From contig JBAPMF010000004.1 in the NCBI GenBank assembly GCA_049278475.1, forward strand, positions 2,560-66,559: a stretch of DNA of 64,000 nucleotides. The letters run 5' to 3'. A program made the position numbers and the translations under genes. Within the stretch, counting starts at the first letter, position 1. Each line of letters begins with the position of its first letter. Below are positions 13,819-25,389 of the stretch, piece after piece. The notes under the pieces were generated by a model, which made no database searches, had not been told where the DNA came from, and saw only the letters and a list, made by a program, of their open reading frames with translations. The stretch comes from Herbaspirillum sp. Its GTDB lineage: Bacteria > Pseudomonadota > Gammaproteobacteria > Burkholderiales > Burkholderiaceae_D.

Positions 13819-14643
13819 ATGGACGAAAACAGGTTTTTTGTGGTCAAATTCGCGATTATGAGTGCCAGTCTGCCCAATCCGAACGACATCGACGCGCCAG
13901 GCGTGGATGCCGGCGTTGCTGAAGCCGCTCCCACTTTCAGTCCGCTCTATCAGCAAATCAAAGCTTTGGTCATGCAACGTCTGCAATCGGGCGAATGGAA
14001 GCCGGGCGAGTTGATTCCTAGCGAAGTCGAGCTCGGTAACCGTTTCAAGGTGAGTCAGGGAACCGTGCGCAAAGCGATCGATGAACTGGCTGCCGAGAAT
14101 CTGGTGATGCGCCGGCAGGGTAAAGGGACATTCGTGGCGACCCATCATGAAGCACATGTACAGTTTCGCTTTTTGCGCCTGGCGCTGAATGTAGAAGAAG
14201 CGCAGCATGTGGAAAACAGAGTCATTGAAGTCAAACGTATGCGCGCGCCTGCCGAGTTGGCGCGCCAGCTCGACATGAAACCGGGCGACTCCGTCATTTT
14301 CATCAAGCGGGTAAAATCCTTTAACGACGTTCCGGCCATACTGGAAGATATCTGGTTGCCCGGCCTGATTTTCAAAGGGCTGACCGCAGAACGCTTGATG
14401 GAATATAAAGGACCGCTGTACGGCCTGTTTGAAGCCGAGTTCGGAACGCGCATGATTCGCGCCGTAGAGCAGATTCGTGCCGTAGGGGCGGACCCGGAAT
14501 CTGCGGAATTTCTGGAGGTGCCGCTCCAAACGCCCTTGTTGAGGGTGGATCGCATCTCTTATACATATGGCGATAAACCGGTAGAAATACGGCACGGCCT
14601 GTATTTGACATCAAACCACCACTATCGGAGTGAACTGAGCTAA
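13819..14643 (+). CDS. GntR-family transcriptional regulator (HutC subfamily, UTRA effector domain)
   Basis: Winged-HTH LIPSEVELGNRFKVSQGTVRKAIDELAAENLVMRRQGKGTFV followed by a UTRA-like C-terminal domain. Start is uncertain (ATG 13819 or ATG 13858). Confidence 0.8.
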   Translation: MDENRFFVVKFAIMSASLPNPNDIDAPGVDAGVAEAAPTFSPLYQQIKALVMQRLQSGEWKPGELIPSEVELGNRFKVSQGTVRKAIDELAAENLVMRRQGKGTFVATHHEAHVQFRFLRLALNVEEAQHVENRVIEVKRMRAPAELARQLDMKPGDSVIFIKRVKSFNDVPAILEDIWLPGLIFKGLTAERLMEYKGPLYGLFEAEFGTRMIRAVEQIRAVGADPESAEFLEVPLQTPLLRVDRISYTYGDKPVEIRHGLYLTSNHHYRSELS

Positions 14644-14713
14644 GCGCCGGAAAAGACTTCGTAAGATTGGTAAAAATTCGATATTGTTCCAAAAATCTGA
14701 GGAGGCCCCTGTC

Positions 14714-15124
14714 ATGTCTGATGCCGTTAAACCACCACGGCCACAATTTCGTAACATACATATCACCCAAATTGTAGGTTACCGCCTGCCACTGGCAGGC
14801 GTCGTTTCTATTTTGCACCGTATTAGCGGTCTGTTGATGTTCCTACTGCTACCGTGCGCCCTGTATCTGCTGGATCGCAGTCTGTTCTCCGAAATTTCTT
14901 TCGAATACTTCAAAAGCTTCACATCGCACTGGTTTGTGAAGCTTGTCATTCTGGCGCTGTCCTGGAGCTATCTGCATCATTTCTGCGCTGGTATTCGCCA
15001 TCTCATCATGGACCAACATATTGGTCTCGACAAAGATAGCGCGCGCGAGTCCGCTGCCAGCGTTCTGATCATCAGTCTGGCGCTCACAGCCCTGCTCGCA
15101 TTGAAACTGTTCGGAGTATTCTAG
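14714..15124 (+). CDS. sdhC: Succinate dehydrogenase cytochrome b556 subunit
   Basis: ATG 14714 is preceded by GGAGG. It has three TM segments and a heme-ligand His in SILHRISG. It is the first gene of the sdhCDAB order. Confidence 0.85.
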   Translation: MSDAVKPPRPQFRNIHITQIVGYRLPLAGVVSILHRISGLLMFLLLPCALYLLDRSLFSEISFEYFKSFTSHWFVKLVILALSWSYLHHFCAGIRHLIMDQHIGLDKDSARESAASVLIISLALTALLALKLFGVF

Positions 15125-15126
15125 AA

Positions 15127-15492
15127 ATGGCAAATCATCATATCGGACCCAAACGCCTCGTCGTGGGTGCGCACTACGGCATGCGCGACTGGCTGGCGCA
15201 ACGCGCTACCGCCATCATCATGGCGCTGTACACCGTCATCCTGACGCTCTGTTTTCTGACTTCCAGCAATTTTTCCTATGAAGGCTGGGTAGGAATGTTT
15301 TCGCATCAGTGGTTCAAGATGGCGACCTTCGCCACCTTCATGGCCTTGTTCTACCACGCCTGGGTCGGCGTGCGTGATATCTGGATGGATTATGTCAAAC
15401 CAGTCGCTCTGCGTCTGGCCCTGCAAGTTGCCACGATGGTGTGGCTGATCGCTTGCGCCGGATGGGCGGCGCAGATTTTGTGGAGAGTGTAA
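15127..15492 (+). CDS. sdhD: Succinate dehydrogenase hydrophobic membrane anchor subunit
   Basis: 121 aa and hydrophobic. It sits between sdhC and sdhA. Conserved HAWVGVRDIWMDY segment. Confidence 0.85.
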   Translation: MANHHIGPKRLVVGAHYGMRDWLAQRATAIIMALYTVILTLCFLTSSNFSYEGWVGMFSHQWFKMATFATFMALFYHAWVGVRDIWMDYVKPVALRLALQVATMVWLIACAGWAAQILWRV

Positions 15493-15494
15493 TC

Positions 15495-17273
15495 GTGGCT
15501 GCTATCCGATCCACAATTCCTGTACGCCGCTTCGATGCGGTCATCGTTGGCGCCGGCGGCGCCGGCATGCGCGCTTCGCTGCAACTGGCTGAAGCAGGTC
15601 TGAACGTCGCAGTTTTGTCCAAGGTTTTCCCGACCCGCTCGCACACGGTCGCTGCTCAAGGCGGCATCGGCGCCTCGCTGGGCAACATGTCGGAAGACAA
15701 CTGGTACTGGCATATGTTCGATACCGTCAAGGGTTCGGACTACCTGGGCGACCAAGATGCCATCGAATTCATGTGCCGCGAAGCACCGAAGGCAGTCTAC
15801 GAACTGGAACACTTCGGCATGCCTTTCGATCGTAATTCTGACGGTACGATTTATCAGCGTCCGTTCGGTGGCCATACCGCCAACTTCGGTGAAAAACCGG
15901 TACAACGCGCTTGCGCCGCTGCTGACCGTACCGGTCATGCACTGCTGCACACACTGTATCAACGCAATGTACGCGCCAGAACCCACTTTTTTGTCGAGTG
16001 GATGGCAATCGACCTCATCCACGACCAAGAAGGCAACATCCTCGGTGTCGTCGCCCTGGAAATGGAAACCGGCGAAATCATGACACTCCAGGCCAAGACG
16101 ACCCTGCTCGCCACCGGCGGCGCAGGCCGTATCTGGGCTGCATCGACCAACGCCTTCATCAATACCGGCGATGGCATGGGTATGGCGGCGCGTGCCGGCC
16201 TGCCCTTGCAAGATATGGAATTCTGGCAATTCCACCCGACCGGCGTCGCCGGCGCGGGTGTGCTGATCACCGAAGGCGTGCGTGGTGAAGGCGGCATCCT
16301 GATCAACAGCAACGGCGAACGTTTCATGGAGCGCTATGCGCCGACGCTGAAGGATCTGGCGCCGCGCGACTTCGTATCGCGCTCGATGGACCAAGAAATC
16401 AAGGAAGGCCGCGGCGTCGGTCAGCACAAGGATCATGTGCTGCTGGATCTGCGCCACATTGGCGCGGAAACCATACAAAAGCGTCTGCCGTCGATTCTGG
16501 AAATTGCGCATAAATTCGCCAACGTCGATGCAACCAGAGAGCCTATCCCTGTCGTGCCGACTATCCACTACCAAATGGGCGGTATTCCAACCAACATCCA
16601 TGGCCAGGTTATCGCACCGAAGCACGGTTCGTACAGGGAAGTGGTGCAAGGCATGTACGCCATCGGTGAATGCGCTTGCGTGTCGGTCCACGGCGCCAAC
16701 CGCCTGGGCACCAACTCGCTGCTCGATCTGGTGGTATTCGGCCGCGCTGCCGGCAATCATATCGTCGATAGCCACTTGCGGGACCGCAGCCACCGGGATC
16801 TGCCTGCCGATGCGGCAGACCGCGCGCTGGAACGTCTGATGCATCTAGAAAACAGCACCGGTTCCGAGCGCGTGCAGGATGTCGCCAACGCGATTCGCAC
16901 CACCATGCAACACTATTGCGGCGTGTTCCGTACCGACGAACTGCTGCAGGAAGGCTACCGGAAGATCATGGAACTGGACGAACGCCGCAAACACGTATCG
17001 TTCAAGGACAAGTCCAAGGTCTTCAACACCGCCCGCGTTGAAGCGCTGGAACTGGACAACCTAATTGAAACAGCCAAAGCGACCATCACTTCCGCCGCCG
17101 CCCGCAAGGAGTCACGTGGCGCGCATGCTCACCGCGACTATGAAAAACGCGACGACGAAAACTGGTTGACGCACACGCTGTGGTTTTCCGAGGGGAATCG
17201 TCTCGACTACAAGCCAGTCAACATGCAACCGTTGACCGTCGAAACGTTTATACCCAAAGCACGTACTTTCTAA
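15495..17273 (+). CDS. sdhA: Succinate dehydrogenase flavoprotein subunit
   Basis: GTG 15495 lies 3 nt after the sdhD stop. FAD-binding [15 protein letters not shown], covalent-FAD His in [10 protein letters not shown], and active-site HPTG and ESRGAHAR. Confidence 0.95.
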   Translation: MAAIRSTIPVRRFDAVIVGAGGAGMRASLQLAEAGLNVAVLSKVFPTRSHTVAAQGGIGASLGNMSEDNWYWHMFDTVKGSDYLGDQDAIEFMCREAPKAVYELEHFGMPFDRNSDGTIYQRPFGGHTANFGEKPVQRACAAADRTGHALLHTLYQRNVRARTHFFVEWMAIDLIHDQEGNILGVVALEMETGEIMTLQAKTTLLATGGAGRIWAASTNAFINTGDGMGMAARAGLPLQDMEFWQFHPTGVAGAGVLITEGVRGEGGILINSNGERFMERYAPTLKDLAPRDFVSRSMDQEIKEGRGVGQHKDHVLLDLRHIGAETIQKRLPSILEIAHKFANVDATREPIPVVPTIHYQMGGIPTNIHGQVIAPKHGSYREVVQGMYAIGECACVSVHGANRLGTNSLLDLVVFGRAAGNHIVDSHLRDRSHRDLPADAADRALERLMHLENSTGSERVQDVANAIRTTMQHYCGVFRTDELLQEGYRKIMELDERRKHVSFKDKSKVFNTARVEALELDNLIETAKATITSAAARKESRGAHAHRDYEKRDDENWLTHTLWFSEGNRLDYKPVNMQPLTVETFIPKARTF

Positions 17274-17284
17274 AAGGTCAGAAC

Positions 17285-17995
17285 ATGACACGTACCCTGA
17301 AATTCAAAATCTACCGCTACGATCCGGACAAAGATGAAAAGCCATACATGCAGGATCTGGACGTCGAGCTAAAGCCGACCGACAAGATGCTGCTGGACGC
17401 CCTGCTGCGCATCAAGTCCGACGTCGATGATTCACTGGCGCTGCGCCGCTCCTGCCGCGAAGGCGTGTGCGGCTCCGATGCGATGAACATCAACGGCAAG
17501 AACGGCCTGGCCTGTACTACCAATCTGAACGAGCTGACAGAACCCATCGTTCTGAAGCCCTTGCCAGGCTTGCCGGTGATTCGCGATCTCATCGTCGATA
17601 TGACCAACTTTTTCAAACAGTACGATTCGATCAAGCCTTATCTGATCAACGACAGTATTCCACCGGAGAAAGAGCGTCTACAGTCGCCCGAACAGCGTGA
17701 AGAACTCGATGGCGTATACGAGTGCATCCTGTGCGCCTGCTGCTCGACCTCGTGCCCGTCATTCTGGTGGAATCCGGACAAGTTCGTCGGTCCTGCCGGC
17801 CTGTTGCAGGCTTACCGCTTCATCGCCGACAGTCGCGACGAAGCCACCGGCAAACGCCTGGACGATCTGGAAGATCCGTATCGCCTGTTCCGTTGCCGCT
17901 CCATCATGAACTGCGTCGATGTCTGCCCCAAGGGGCTGAACCCCAACAAGGCCATCAGCAAGATCAAAGAATTGATGGTACGCCGCGCAATATAA
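17285..17995 (+). CDS. sdhB: Succinate dehydrogenase iron-sulfur subunit
   Basis: ORF trimmed to ATG 17285 ([15 protein letters not shown]). Cys clusters [33 protein letters not shown] and [12 protein letters not shown]. Confidence 0.95.
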   Translation: MTRTLKFKIYRYDPDKDEKPYMQDLDVELKPTDKMLLDALLRIKSDVDDSLALRRSCREGVCGSDAMNINGKNGLACTTNLNELTEPIVLKPLPGLPVIRDLIVDMTNFFKQYDSIKPYLINDSIPPEKERLQSPEQREELDGVYECILCACCSTSCPSFWWNPDKFVGPAGLLQAYRFIADSRDEATGKRLDDLEDPYRLFRCRSIMNCVDVCPKGLNPNKAISKIKELMVRRAI

Positions 17996-18038
17996 GAAGC
18001 GTGTTGCAAGACTTACCTGAAAGAGGTGAATTCAAGCC

Positions 18039-18308
18039 ATGTCCCGATACCATCAAGATGATTCTGCCAGACGAGCACGCTTGCGCTGGCGCGCCCGTCG
18101 CGGCTTGCTGGAAAACGATCTGATCCTGACGCGCTATCTCGACGCGCACGAAGCCACCATGACCGACGACGAAGTCGATGCGTTTTCCCGTCTGATGGAT
18201 TTGACAGACAACGATCTGATGGATCTGCTCCTCATGCGCAAAGAGCCCGACGCAGCTACGGACTTGCCTCAAGTGCGCTCTTTGCTGAAGAAATTGCGCG
18301 CTGCCTGA
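18039..18308 (+). CDS. sdhE: FAD assembly factor SdhE (DUF339 family)
   Basis: 89 aa with the RGxxE motif in RWRARRGLLENDLIL. It lies directly after sdhB. Confidence 0.8.
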   Translation: MSRYHQDDSARRARLRWRARRGLLENDLILTRYLDAHEATMTDDEVDAFSRLMDLTDNDLMDLLLMRKEPDAATDLPQVRSLLKKLRAA

Positions 18309-18379
18309 AGATTCAACAGAGTCCGGGCAATATCGATTCAATTTTTGATTAATGATTCATCATCACAGTTAAAGGAGGA

Positions 18380-19684
18380 ATGATGCCCACCTCAGATAGC
18401 AACGCAACCCTATCGTTTTCCGACAGCACGCCATCTCTTGATTTTCCGGTTTATAAGGGTACGATCGGTCCGGATGTCATCGACATTCGCAAGTTGTACG
18501 GTGAGACCGGTAAGTTCACCTATGATCCGGGCTTCATGTCGACAGCATCATGCAATTCTTCGATCACCTATATCGATGGCGACAAGGGCGAGCTGCTGTA
18601 TCGCGGTTATCCGATCGAGCAACTGGCAGTCAACTGCGACTTCCCGGAAACTTGCTACCTGCTGCTGCACGGTGAACTGCCGACAGCGGCGGAAAAAGAA
18701 AAATTCGTCAGCACCGTGACGCAACACACCATGGTGCATGAACAAATGAATTTCTTTTTTCGTGGTTTTCGTCGCGACGCGCACCCGATGGCCGTTCTAA
18801 CCGGTTCAGTCGGCGCCTTGTCGGCGTTCTACCATGATTCGCTGGATATCAGTAATCCGCATCATCGCGACGTGTCGGCTATCCGCATGATCGCCAAGCT
18901 GCCGCCGCTAGTCTCCATGGCCTACAAATACACCATCGGCCAACCGTTCGTCTACCCGCGCAATGACTTGTCATACAGCGCCAATTTCATGCGCATGATG
19001 TTCGCCAATCCATGTGAAGAATATCAGATCAACGCAGTACTGGTGCGCGCGCTGGACCGTATCCTGATCCTGCACGCCGACCATGAACAGAATGCTTCGA
19101 CATCGACTGTGCGTCTGGCCGGTTCGTCGGGCGCGAATCCGTTCGCCTGTATCGCCGCCGGTATCGCTTGTCTGTGGGGTCCTGCACATGGCGGCGCCAA
19201 CGAAGCGGCATTGAACATGCTGGAGCAAATCGGCTCGGTCGACAAGATTCCTGAGTTCATCAGGCAAGTCAAGGACAAGAATTCCAATGTCAAGCTGATG
19301 GGCTTCGGGCATCGTGTCTACAAAAACTACGATCCGCGCGCCAAGCTGATGCGTGAAACCTGCTATGAAGTACTCAATGAGCTGGGACTGCATAACGATC
19401 CATTGTTCAAGCTGGCCATGACGCTGGAAAAAATCGCGCTGGAAGACGACTATTTCGTATCCCGCAAGCTGTATCCGAACGTCGACTTCTATTCCGGTAT
19501 CGTGCAGCGCGCGCTGGGTATTCCGACCTCGATGTTTACCTGCATCTTCGCGATGGCGCGTACTGTGGGCTGGATCGCGCAATGGAACGAAATGATCTCC
19601 GATCCGGAACAGAAGATCGGTCGTCCGCGCCAACTGTACGTCGGTCCTCCAAAACGCGATGTGCTACCTATCGACAAACGTTGA
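18380..19684 (+). CDS. gltA: Citrate synthase (type II, hexameric class)
   Basis: 434 aa with [23 protein letters not shown] and [14 protein letters not shown] signatures. Confidence 0.95.
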   Translation: MMPTSDSNATLSFSDSTPSLDFPVYKGTIGPDVIDIRKLYGETGKFTYDPGFMSTASCNSSITYIDGDKGELLYRGYPIEQLAVNCDFPETCYLLLHGELPTAAEKEKFVSTVTQHTMVHEQMNFFFRGFRRDAHPMAVLTGSVGALSAFYHDSLDISNPHHRDVSAIRMIAKLPPLVSMAYKYTIGQPFVYPRNDLSYSANFMRMMFANPCEEYQINAVLVRALDRILILHADHEQNASTSTVRLAGSSGANPFACIAAGIACLWGPAHGGANEAALNMLEQIGSVDKIPEFIRQVKDKNSNVKLMGFGHRVYKNYDPRAKLMRETCYEVLNELGLHNDPLFKLAMTLEKIALEDDYFVSRKLYPNVDFYSGIVQRALGIPTSMFTCIFAMARTVGWIAQWNEMISDPEQKIGRPRQLYVGPPKRDVLPIDKR

Positions 19685-19732
19685 TCGATTCATCCGCCAA
19701 TCTCGCGAAACGTGAAGAAAAGTGAGCAACAT

Positions 19733-22597
19733 ATGACACCGCTCTACGAGCAATATCATCTCAACTCCTACCTTTTTGGTGGCAATGCGCCGTACCTGGA
19801 AGAACTATACGAGGCCTACCTCAATAATCCCGGATCGGTAGCAGACAATTGGCGTACTTACTTCGACGCGGTGCAACATGTGCCTGCCGTCGATGGCTCC
19901 AATCGGCCTGACGTCGCCCATGCCCCGGTGATCGCCTCGTTTGCCGAGCGCGCCAGGCAAGGCCCAATCCGCACTGTCGTTGCTTCCGCCGATACAGAAA
20001 TGGGTCGTAAGCGCGTTGCCGCCACCCAGCTGATCGCCGGTTATCGCGATCTAGGCTCCCGCTTCGCCAACCTGGACCCGCTGCAACGCCGGGAACGTCC
20101 AAGCATTCCAGAGCTGGAGCCAGGCTTCTACGGCTTCAGCGACGCCGATATGGACATCGTGTTCAATATCAGCAATACCTATTTTGGCGGCGAAACCGCC
20201 TCCCTACGCGACTTGCTGAACGCGCTGCGTGAAACCTACTGCCGTTCGATCGGCGCCGAATTTACCTATATCAGCGACCCGGCTGCAGTGCGCTGGTTCG
20301 AAGAGCGTCTGGAGCCGACACGCGCACTGCCGCAATTCTCCGCGGAAAAGAAAAAACATATCCTCGACCGCCTAACTGTGGCCGAAGGTCTAGAGCGTTA
20401 CCTCAGCACCAGATACGTCGGCCAGAAACGTTTTTCGCTGGAAGGCGGCGAAAGCTTCATCGCCTCCCTGGATGAAACCATACAGCACGCCGGCGAAAAG
20501 GGTATTCAGGAAATCGTCATCGGCATGGCCCACCGCGGCCGTCTGAATGTGCTGGTCAACATCCTTGGCAAGACCCCGCAGGAACTGTTCTCTGAATTCG
20601 AAGGCCACCATGCAGACGATCTGCCGGCCGGCGATGTCAAGTACCACCAGGGCTTTTCGTCCGACACCAGCACCCCAGGCGGCCCGGTCCACCTGTCGCT
20701 GGCGTTCAACCCATCCCATCTGGAGATCGTCAACCCTGTGGTGGAAGGTTCAGTCAAGGCCCGTATGGAACGTCGCGGCGACAAGGACAGCGCGCAGGTG
20801 TTGCCTATCCTGGTTCATGGCGATGCCGCTTTCGCCGGCCAGGGCGTCGTGATGGAAACCCTGAATCTGGCGCAGACACGCGGTTATGGCACCGGCGGCA
20901 CTGTGCATATCGTAATCAACAACCAGATCGGTTTCACCACTTCCGACCCACGCGACTCCCGTTCAACGCTGTACTGCTCGGATGTAGTCAAGATGATCGA
21001 AGCACCCGTCCTGCATGTCAACGGCGACGATCCGGAAGCGGTCGTGTTCGCAACCCAGATCGCGGTCGACTACCGCATGCAGTTCAAAAGAGACATCGTC
21101 GTCGACATCATCTGCTTCCGCAAGCTGGGTCACAACGAACAGGATACGCCGGCGCTGACACAGCCATTGATGTACAAAAAGATCGCGCAGCATCCGGGTA
21201 CCCGCAAACTGTACGCAGACAAGCTGGTCGCGCAAGGCACTATCCCTGCCGATGGCGGCGACGAGATGGTCAAGGCTTACCGTGCTGCGATGGACGCTGG
21301 TAAACACACCATCGATCCCGTCATCACCGACTTTAAGAGCAAGTACGCCGTCGACTGGCTACCGTTCCTGAACCGCAAGTGGACCGACGCTGCCGACACT
21401 GCTGTGCCGATGGCTGAACTGAAACGTCTGGCAGCGCGTATCACCACGATTCCTGAAGGCTTCAAGGTACATCCGCTGGTCGAGAAGGTCATCCATGACC
21501 GCGCTGCGATGGGCCGTGGCGAGCTGAATCTGGACTGGGGCATGGGCGAACATCTGGCTTACGCTTCACTGGTCGCGTCCGGTTACGCCGTTCGCCTGAC
21601 CGGTCAGGATGCGGGTCGCGGCACTTTTGCTCACCGTCACGCTGTATTGCACGATCAGAATCGCGAAAACTGGGATGCCGGCACTTACATCCCGCTGCAA
21701 AATGTCGCAGAGAATCAGGCGTCCTACACTGTCATCGATTCCGTACTGTCAGAGGAAGCCGTACTCGGTTTCGAATACGGTTATTCGACTGCCGCGCCAA
21801 ACACCCTGACCATCTGGGAAGCGCAGTTTGGCGACTTCGCCAACGGCGCGCAGGTCGTGATGGACCAATTCATCAGCTCCGGCGAAGTGAAGTGGGGCCG
21901 TGCTTCTGGTCTGGTACAGATGTTGCCGCACGGTTATGAAGGTCAGGGTCCAGAACACTCGTCGGCACGTCTGGAACGTTATCTGCAACTGTGCGCGGAC
22001 AACAATATGCAGGTCGTGCAACCGACCACTGCCGCACAGATCTTCCACCTGCTGCGCCGCCAGGTGATCCGTCTGTTCCGTAAGCCGCTGATCATCATGA
22101 CGCCGAAGTCGCTGCTGCGCAACAAGGACGCCGGTTCGCCGCTGTCCGATCTGGCTAGGGGTTCGTTCCAGACCGTCATTCCTGAGCAGGATGACAAGAT
22201 CGACGCCAAAAAAGTCAAGCGCATCATCGCCTGCTCCGGCAAGGTCTACTACGATCTGCTCAATGCCCGCAAGGAACGCGCTCAGTCCGATACGGCCATC
22301 ATCCGTGTGGAACAGCTGTATCCGTTCCCGCACAAGGCATTTGCCGCTGCGCTCAAGCAATTCCCGAATTTCCAAGAATTGGTCTGGACGCAGGACGAAC
22401 CGCAAAACCAGGGGGCATGGCTGCAAATCCAGTGCAATATTTTTGAAAATCTGACTGAAGGTAAAAAACTTGCTTATGCAGGACGACCAGCCAGCGCATC
22501 GCCAGCGGTCGGCTACTATGACAAGCACTATGCGCAACAAAAAGCGCTGATCGACAGCGCGCTTTCCAGGCTCAAAGGTTTTGTCCTGACCAAATAA
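19733..22597 (+). CDS. sucA: 2-oxoglutarate dehydrogenase E1 component
   Basis: ATG 19733 gives MTPLYEQYHLNSYLFGGNAPYLEELYEAY, a canonical N-terminus. The ORF track starts at GTG 19712. ThDP-binding region GDAAFAGQGVVMETLN. Confidence 0.95.
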   Translation: MTPLYEQYHLNSYLFGGNAPYLEELYEAYLNNPGSVADNWRTYFDAVQHVPAVDGSNRPDVAHAPVIASFAERARQGPIRTVVASADTEMGRKRVAATQLIAGYRDLGSRFANLDPLQRRERPSIPELEPGFYGFSDADMDIVFNISNTYFGGETASLRDLLNALRETYCRSIGAEFTYISDPAAVRWFEERLEPTRALPQFSAEKKKHILDRLTVAEGLERYLSTRYVGQKRFSLEGGESFIASLDETIQHAGEKGIQEIVIGMAHRGRLNVLVNILGKTPQELFSEFEGHHADDLPAGDVKYHQGFSSDTSTPGGPVHLSLAFNPSHLEIVNPVVEGSVKARMERRGDKDSAQVLPILVHGDAAFAGQGVVMETLNLAQTRGYGTGGTVHIVINNQIGFTTSDPRDSRSTLYCSDVVKMIEAPVLHVNGDDPEAVVFATQIAVDYRMQFKRDIVVDIICFRKLGHNEQDTPALTQPLMYKKIAQHPGTRKLYADKLVAQGTIPADGGDEMVKAYRAAMDAGKHTIDPVITDFKSKYAVDWLPFLNRKWTDAADTAVPMAELKRLAARITTIPEGFKVHPLVEKVIHDRAAMGRGELNLDWGMGEHLAYASLVASGYAVRLTGQDAGRGTFAHRHAVLHDQNRENWDAGTYIPLQNVAENQASYTVIDSVLSEEAVLGFEYGYSTAAPNTLTIWEAQFGDFANGAQVVMDQFISSGEVKWGRASGLVQMLPHGYEGQGPEHSSARLERYLQLCADNNMQVVQPTTAAQIFHLLRRQVIRLFRKPLIIMTPKSLLRNKDAGSPLSDLARGSFQTVIPEQDDKIDAKKVKRIIACSGKVYYDLLNARKERAQSDTAIIRVEQLYPFPHKAFAAALKQFPNFQELVWTQDEPQNQGAWLQIQCNIFENLTEGKKLAYAGRPASASPAVGYYDKHYAQQKALIDSALSRLKGFVLTK

Positions 22598-22672
22598 GCT
22601 GACCTGTTCGGCGCACGTGCAAAGACGATGCGCGCCGATGTTAATAAAACAAAACTGAATCGGAGAAGTGAC

Positions 22673-23911
22673 ATGGCACACATCGAAGTAAAAGTCCCGC
22701 AATTGTCAGAATCCGTTGCAGAAGCAACGCTGCTGCAATGGTATAAAAAAGTGGGCGAAGCCGTCGCACGCGACGAAAACCTGATCGATATCGAAACAGA
22801 CAAGGTCGTGCTGGAGTTGCCGGCCCCTGACGCCGGCGTGATCATTCAAATCATCAAGGCCGATGGTTCGACCGTGACCGCGGGCGAAGTCATCGCCATC
22901 CTGGACACCGATGCGATCGCACAGGTGAGTCCACTGGAAATCAAGGCTGCTCCCGCGCCGCAGAACACCAATCAACCGGCAGCAGCCGCTGCGCCTGGAC
23001 CGGTCGACAAGTCCGGCATTGCCATGCCCGCCGCCGCCAAGATCCTGGCTGACAACGATATGTCGATAGCACAAGTGGCCGGTACCGGCAAGGATGGCCG
23101 CGTGACCAAGGGCGACGTGCTGGCCTCCCTGAATACACCAAAACCTGCCGCCGCCGCTGCCGGATCGGCGCTGCAACAGCTTGCCGCTCCTGGTAAGCCG
23201 GGACTGGAAAACCGTCCGGAAGAACGCGTGCCGATGAGCCGTCTGCGCGCACGCGTGGCAGAGCGTCTGCTACAGTCACAAGCGACCAACGCCATCCTGA
23301 CTACCTTCAACGAAATCAATATGCAGCCTGTGCTGGACCTGCGCGCCAGATACAAGGACAAGTTCGAGAAAGAACACGGCGTCAAGCTGGGCTTCATGTC
23401 CTTCTTCGTCAAGGCCGTGGTTCACGCACTGAAGAAATACCCGATCATCAATGCGTCGGTTGACGGTAATGACATCATCTACCACGGCTACTTCGACATC
23501 GGCGTCGCCGTCGGTTCACCGCGTGGTCTGGTGGTGCCGGTTCTACGCGATGCTGATCAAATGTCAATCGCCGGGATCGAAAAAAAGATCGGCGAATTCG
23601 GTCAAAAAGCCAGGGACGGCAAGCTATCCATCGAAGAACTGACCGGCGGTACCTTCACCGTGTCCAACGGCGGCACCTTCGGCTCGATGTTGTCGACACC
23701 GATCATCAACCCGCCGCAATCCGCAATTCTAGGCATCCACGCTACCAAGGACCGCGCCGTGGTGGAAAACGGCCAGATCGTGATCCGTCCGATGAATTAC
23801 TTCGCACTGTCCTACGATCACCGCATCATCGATGGCCGCGAAGCCGTTCTGAGCCTGGTCGCCATCAAGGAAGCACTGGAAGACCCAGCCCGCCTGCTGC
23901 TGGATCTGTAA
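22673..23911 (+). CDS. sucB: Dihydrolipoyllysine-residue succinyltransferase (2-oxoglutarate dehydrogenase E2)
   Basis: ATG 22673 ([15 protein letters not shown]). Lipoyl Lys in [13 protein letters not shown], an Ala/Pro linker, a PSBD, and catalytic [13 protein letters not shown]. Confidence 0.95.
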   Translation: MAHIEVKVPQLSESVAEATLLQWYKKVGEAVARDENLIDIETDKVVLELPAPDAGVIIQIIKADGSTVTAGEVIAILDTDAIAQVSPLEIKAAPAPQNTNQPAAAAAPGPVDKSGIAMPAAAKILADNDMSIAQVAGTGKDGRVTKGDVLASLNTPKPAAAAAGSALQQLAAPGKPGLENRPEERVPMSRLRARVAERLLQSQATNAILTTFNEINMQPVLDLRARYKDKFEKEHGVKLGFMSFFVKAVVHALKKYPIINASVDGNDIIYHGYFDIGVAVGSPRGLVVPVLRDADQMSIAGIEKKIGEFGQKARDGKLSIEELTGGTFTVSNGGTFGSMLSTPIINPPQSAILGIHATKDRAVVENGQIVIRPMNYFALSYDHRIIDGREAVLSLVAIKEALEDPARLLLDL

Positions 23912-23932
23912 TCGAAACACTGGGATAAAACC

Positions 23933-25360
23933 ATGAGCAAGAATTTTGACGTGCTTGTCATCGGCGGCGGTCCAGGAGGCTACATTGCCGCCATCCGCGC
24001 AGCGCAACTGGGTTTGCACACCGCCTGTATCGATGAATGGAAAAACGAAAAAGGCGATCCGGCGCCTGGCGGCACCTGTACCAACGTCGGCTGCATTCCT
24101 TCCAAAGCGCTGCTGCAATCGTCAGAGCACTATGAACACGCCGGCCATGCCTTCGCCGATCACGGTATCCGAGTCAAAGGCTTAGGCTTGAATCTGGAAA
24201 AGATGCTAGGTCGCAAGAACGCCATCGTCAAACAAAACAACGACGGCATTCTGTACCTGTTCAAGAAAAACAAAGTCACTTTTTTCCACGGCCGCGGCAG
24301 TTTCGTCAAAGGCGACGCCAACGGCTATGAAATCAAGCTTGCCGGCGCAGCGGAAGAGTCGATCACAGCTAGGCAAGTCATCGTCGCTACCGGCTCCAGC
24401 GCACGCGCATTACCTGACGTTCCGTTCGATGAACAACTGATCCTGTCGAACACCGGCGCACTGGCCATCACCGAAGTGCCGAGAAAGCTGGGCGTGATCG
24501 GCGCCGGGGTCATCGGCCTGGAAATGGGTTCGGTCTGGCGTCGTCTGGGCGCGGAAGTCACCATTCTGGAAGCCTTGCCAACCTTCCTCGGCGCAGTCGA
24601 TGAACAAATCGCCAGGGAAGCGCAAAAACTGCTGACCAGACAAGGCCTGACAGTGAACCTGGGCGTCAAGATCGGCAACATCGAGGCCGGCAGGAAAGAA
24701 GTGAAGGTCGCCTACACCGACGACCAGGGCAATGCACAAAAGGCCGTATTCGACAAATTGATTGTGTCAATTGGCCGCATGCCAAACACCACCGGTCTGA
24801 ACGCTGAAGGCATAGGCCTGAAGCTCGATGAACGCGGCTTCATCGCCGTCGATGGCGATTGTAGGACCAACCTGCCGAATGTGTGGGCCATCGGCGATGT
24901 CGTGCGCGGTCCGATGCTGGCGCACAAGGCGGAAGAAGAAGGCGTTGCCGTTGCCGAACGTATCGCCGGTCAGCACGGCCACGTCAATTTCAACACGATT
25001 CCCTGGGTCATCTACACTTCGCCGGAAATCGCATGGGTCGGCAAAACCGAGCAGCAATTGAAAGCCGAAGGCGCTGCCTACAAGGCCGGCGTGTTTCCCT
25101 TCCTGGCCAACGGTCGCGCACGCGCGCTGGGGGACACCTCGGGTATGGTCAAGTTGCTGGCCGATGCCCGCACCGATGAAATCCTTGGCGTTCACATCAT
25201 CGGTCCGATGGCGTCGGAACTGATTGCCGAAGCCGTCGTGGCAATGGAGTTCCGTGCTTCCGCCGAAGACATCGCACGGATCTGTCACGCGCATCCCTCC
25301 TTGTCGGAAGCGACAAAAGAAGCCGCACTGGCTGTCGACATGCGTGCCTTGAACTTTTGA
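23933..25360 (+). CDS. lpdA: Dihydrolipoyl dehydrogenase (E3)
   Basis: FAD motif [21 protein letters not shown], redox disulfide [16 protein letters not shown] and C-terminal HAHPSLSE. Confidence 0.95.
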   Translation: MSKNFDVLVIGGGPGGYIAAIRAAQLGLHTACIDEWKNEKGDPAPGGTCTNVGCIPSKALLQSSEHYEHAGHAFADHGIRVKGLGLNLEKMLGRKNAIVKQNNDGILYLFKKNKVTFFHGRGSFVKGDANGYEIKLAGAAEESITARQVIVATGSSARALPDVPFDEQLILSNTGALAITEVPRKLGVIGAGVIGLEMGSVWRRLGAEVTILEALPTFLGAVDEQIAREAQKLLTRQGLTVNLGVKIGNIEAGRKEVKVAYTDDQGNAQKAVFDKLIVSIGRMPNTTGLNAEGIGLKLDERGFIAVDGDCRTNLPNVWAIGDVVRGPMLAHKAEEEGVAVAERIAGQHGHVNFNTIPWVIYTSPEIAWVGKTEQQLKAEGAAYKAGVFPFLANGRARALGDTSGMVKLLADARTDEILGVHIIGPMASELIAEAVVAMEFRASAEDIARICHAHPSLSEATKEAALAVDMRALNF

Positions 25361-25389
25361 TGCAACAGGTCTGCTTTTAGCCGATCATC

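Noticed and set aside
15390-16844. Minus-strand ORF of 484 aa
   Set aside because: It is antisense to sdhA, whose flavoprotein motifs are unambiguous. This is a shadow ORF caused by codon bias.
19685-19732. Looked for the Burkholderiales sucA 5'-UTR RNA motif upstream of sucA
   Set aside because: The gltA-sucA gap is only about 48 nt and I could not see a convincing conserved stem-loop. It is too short for that element, so no call is made.
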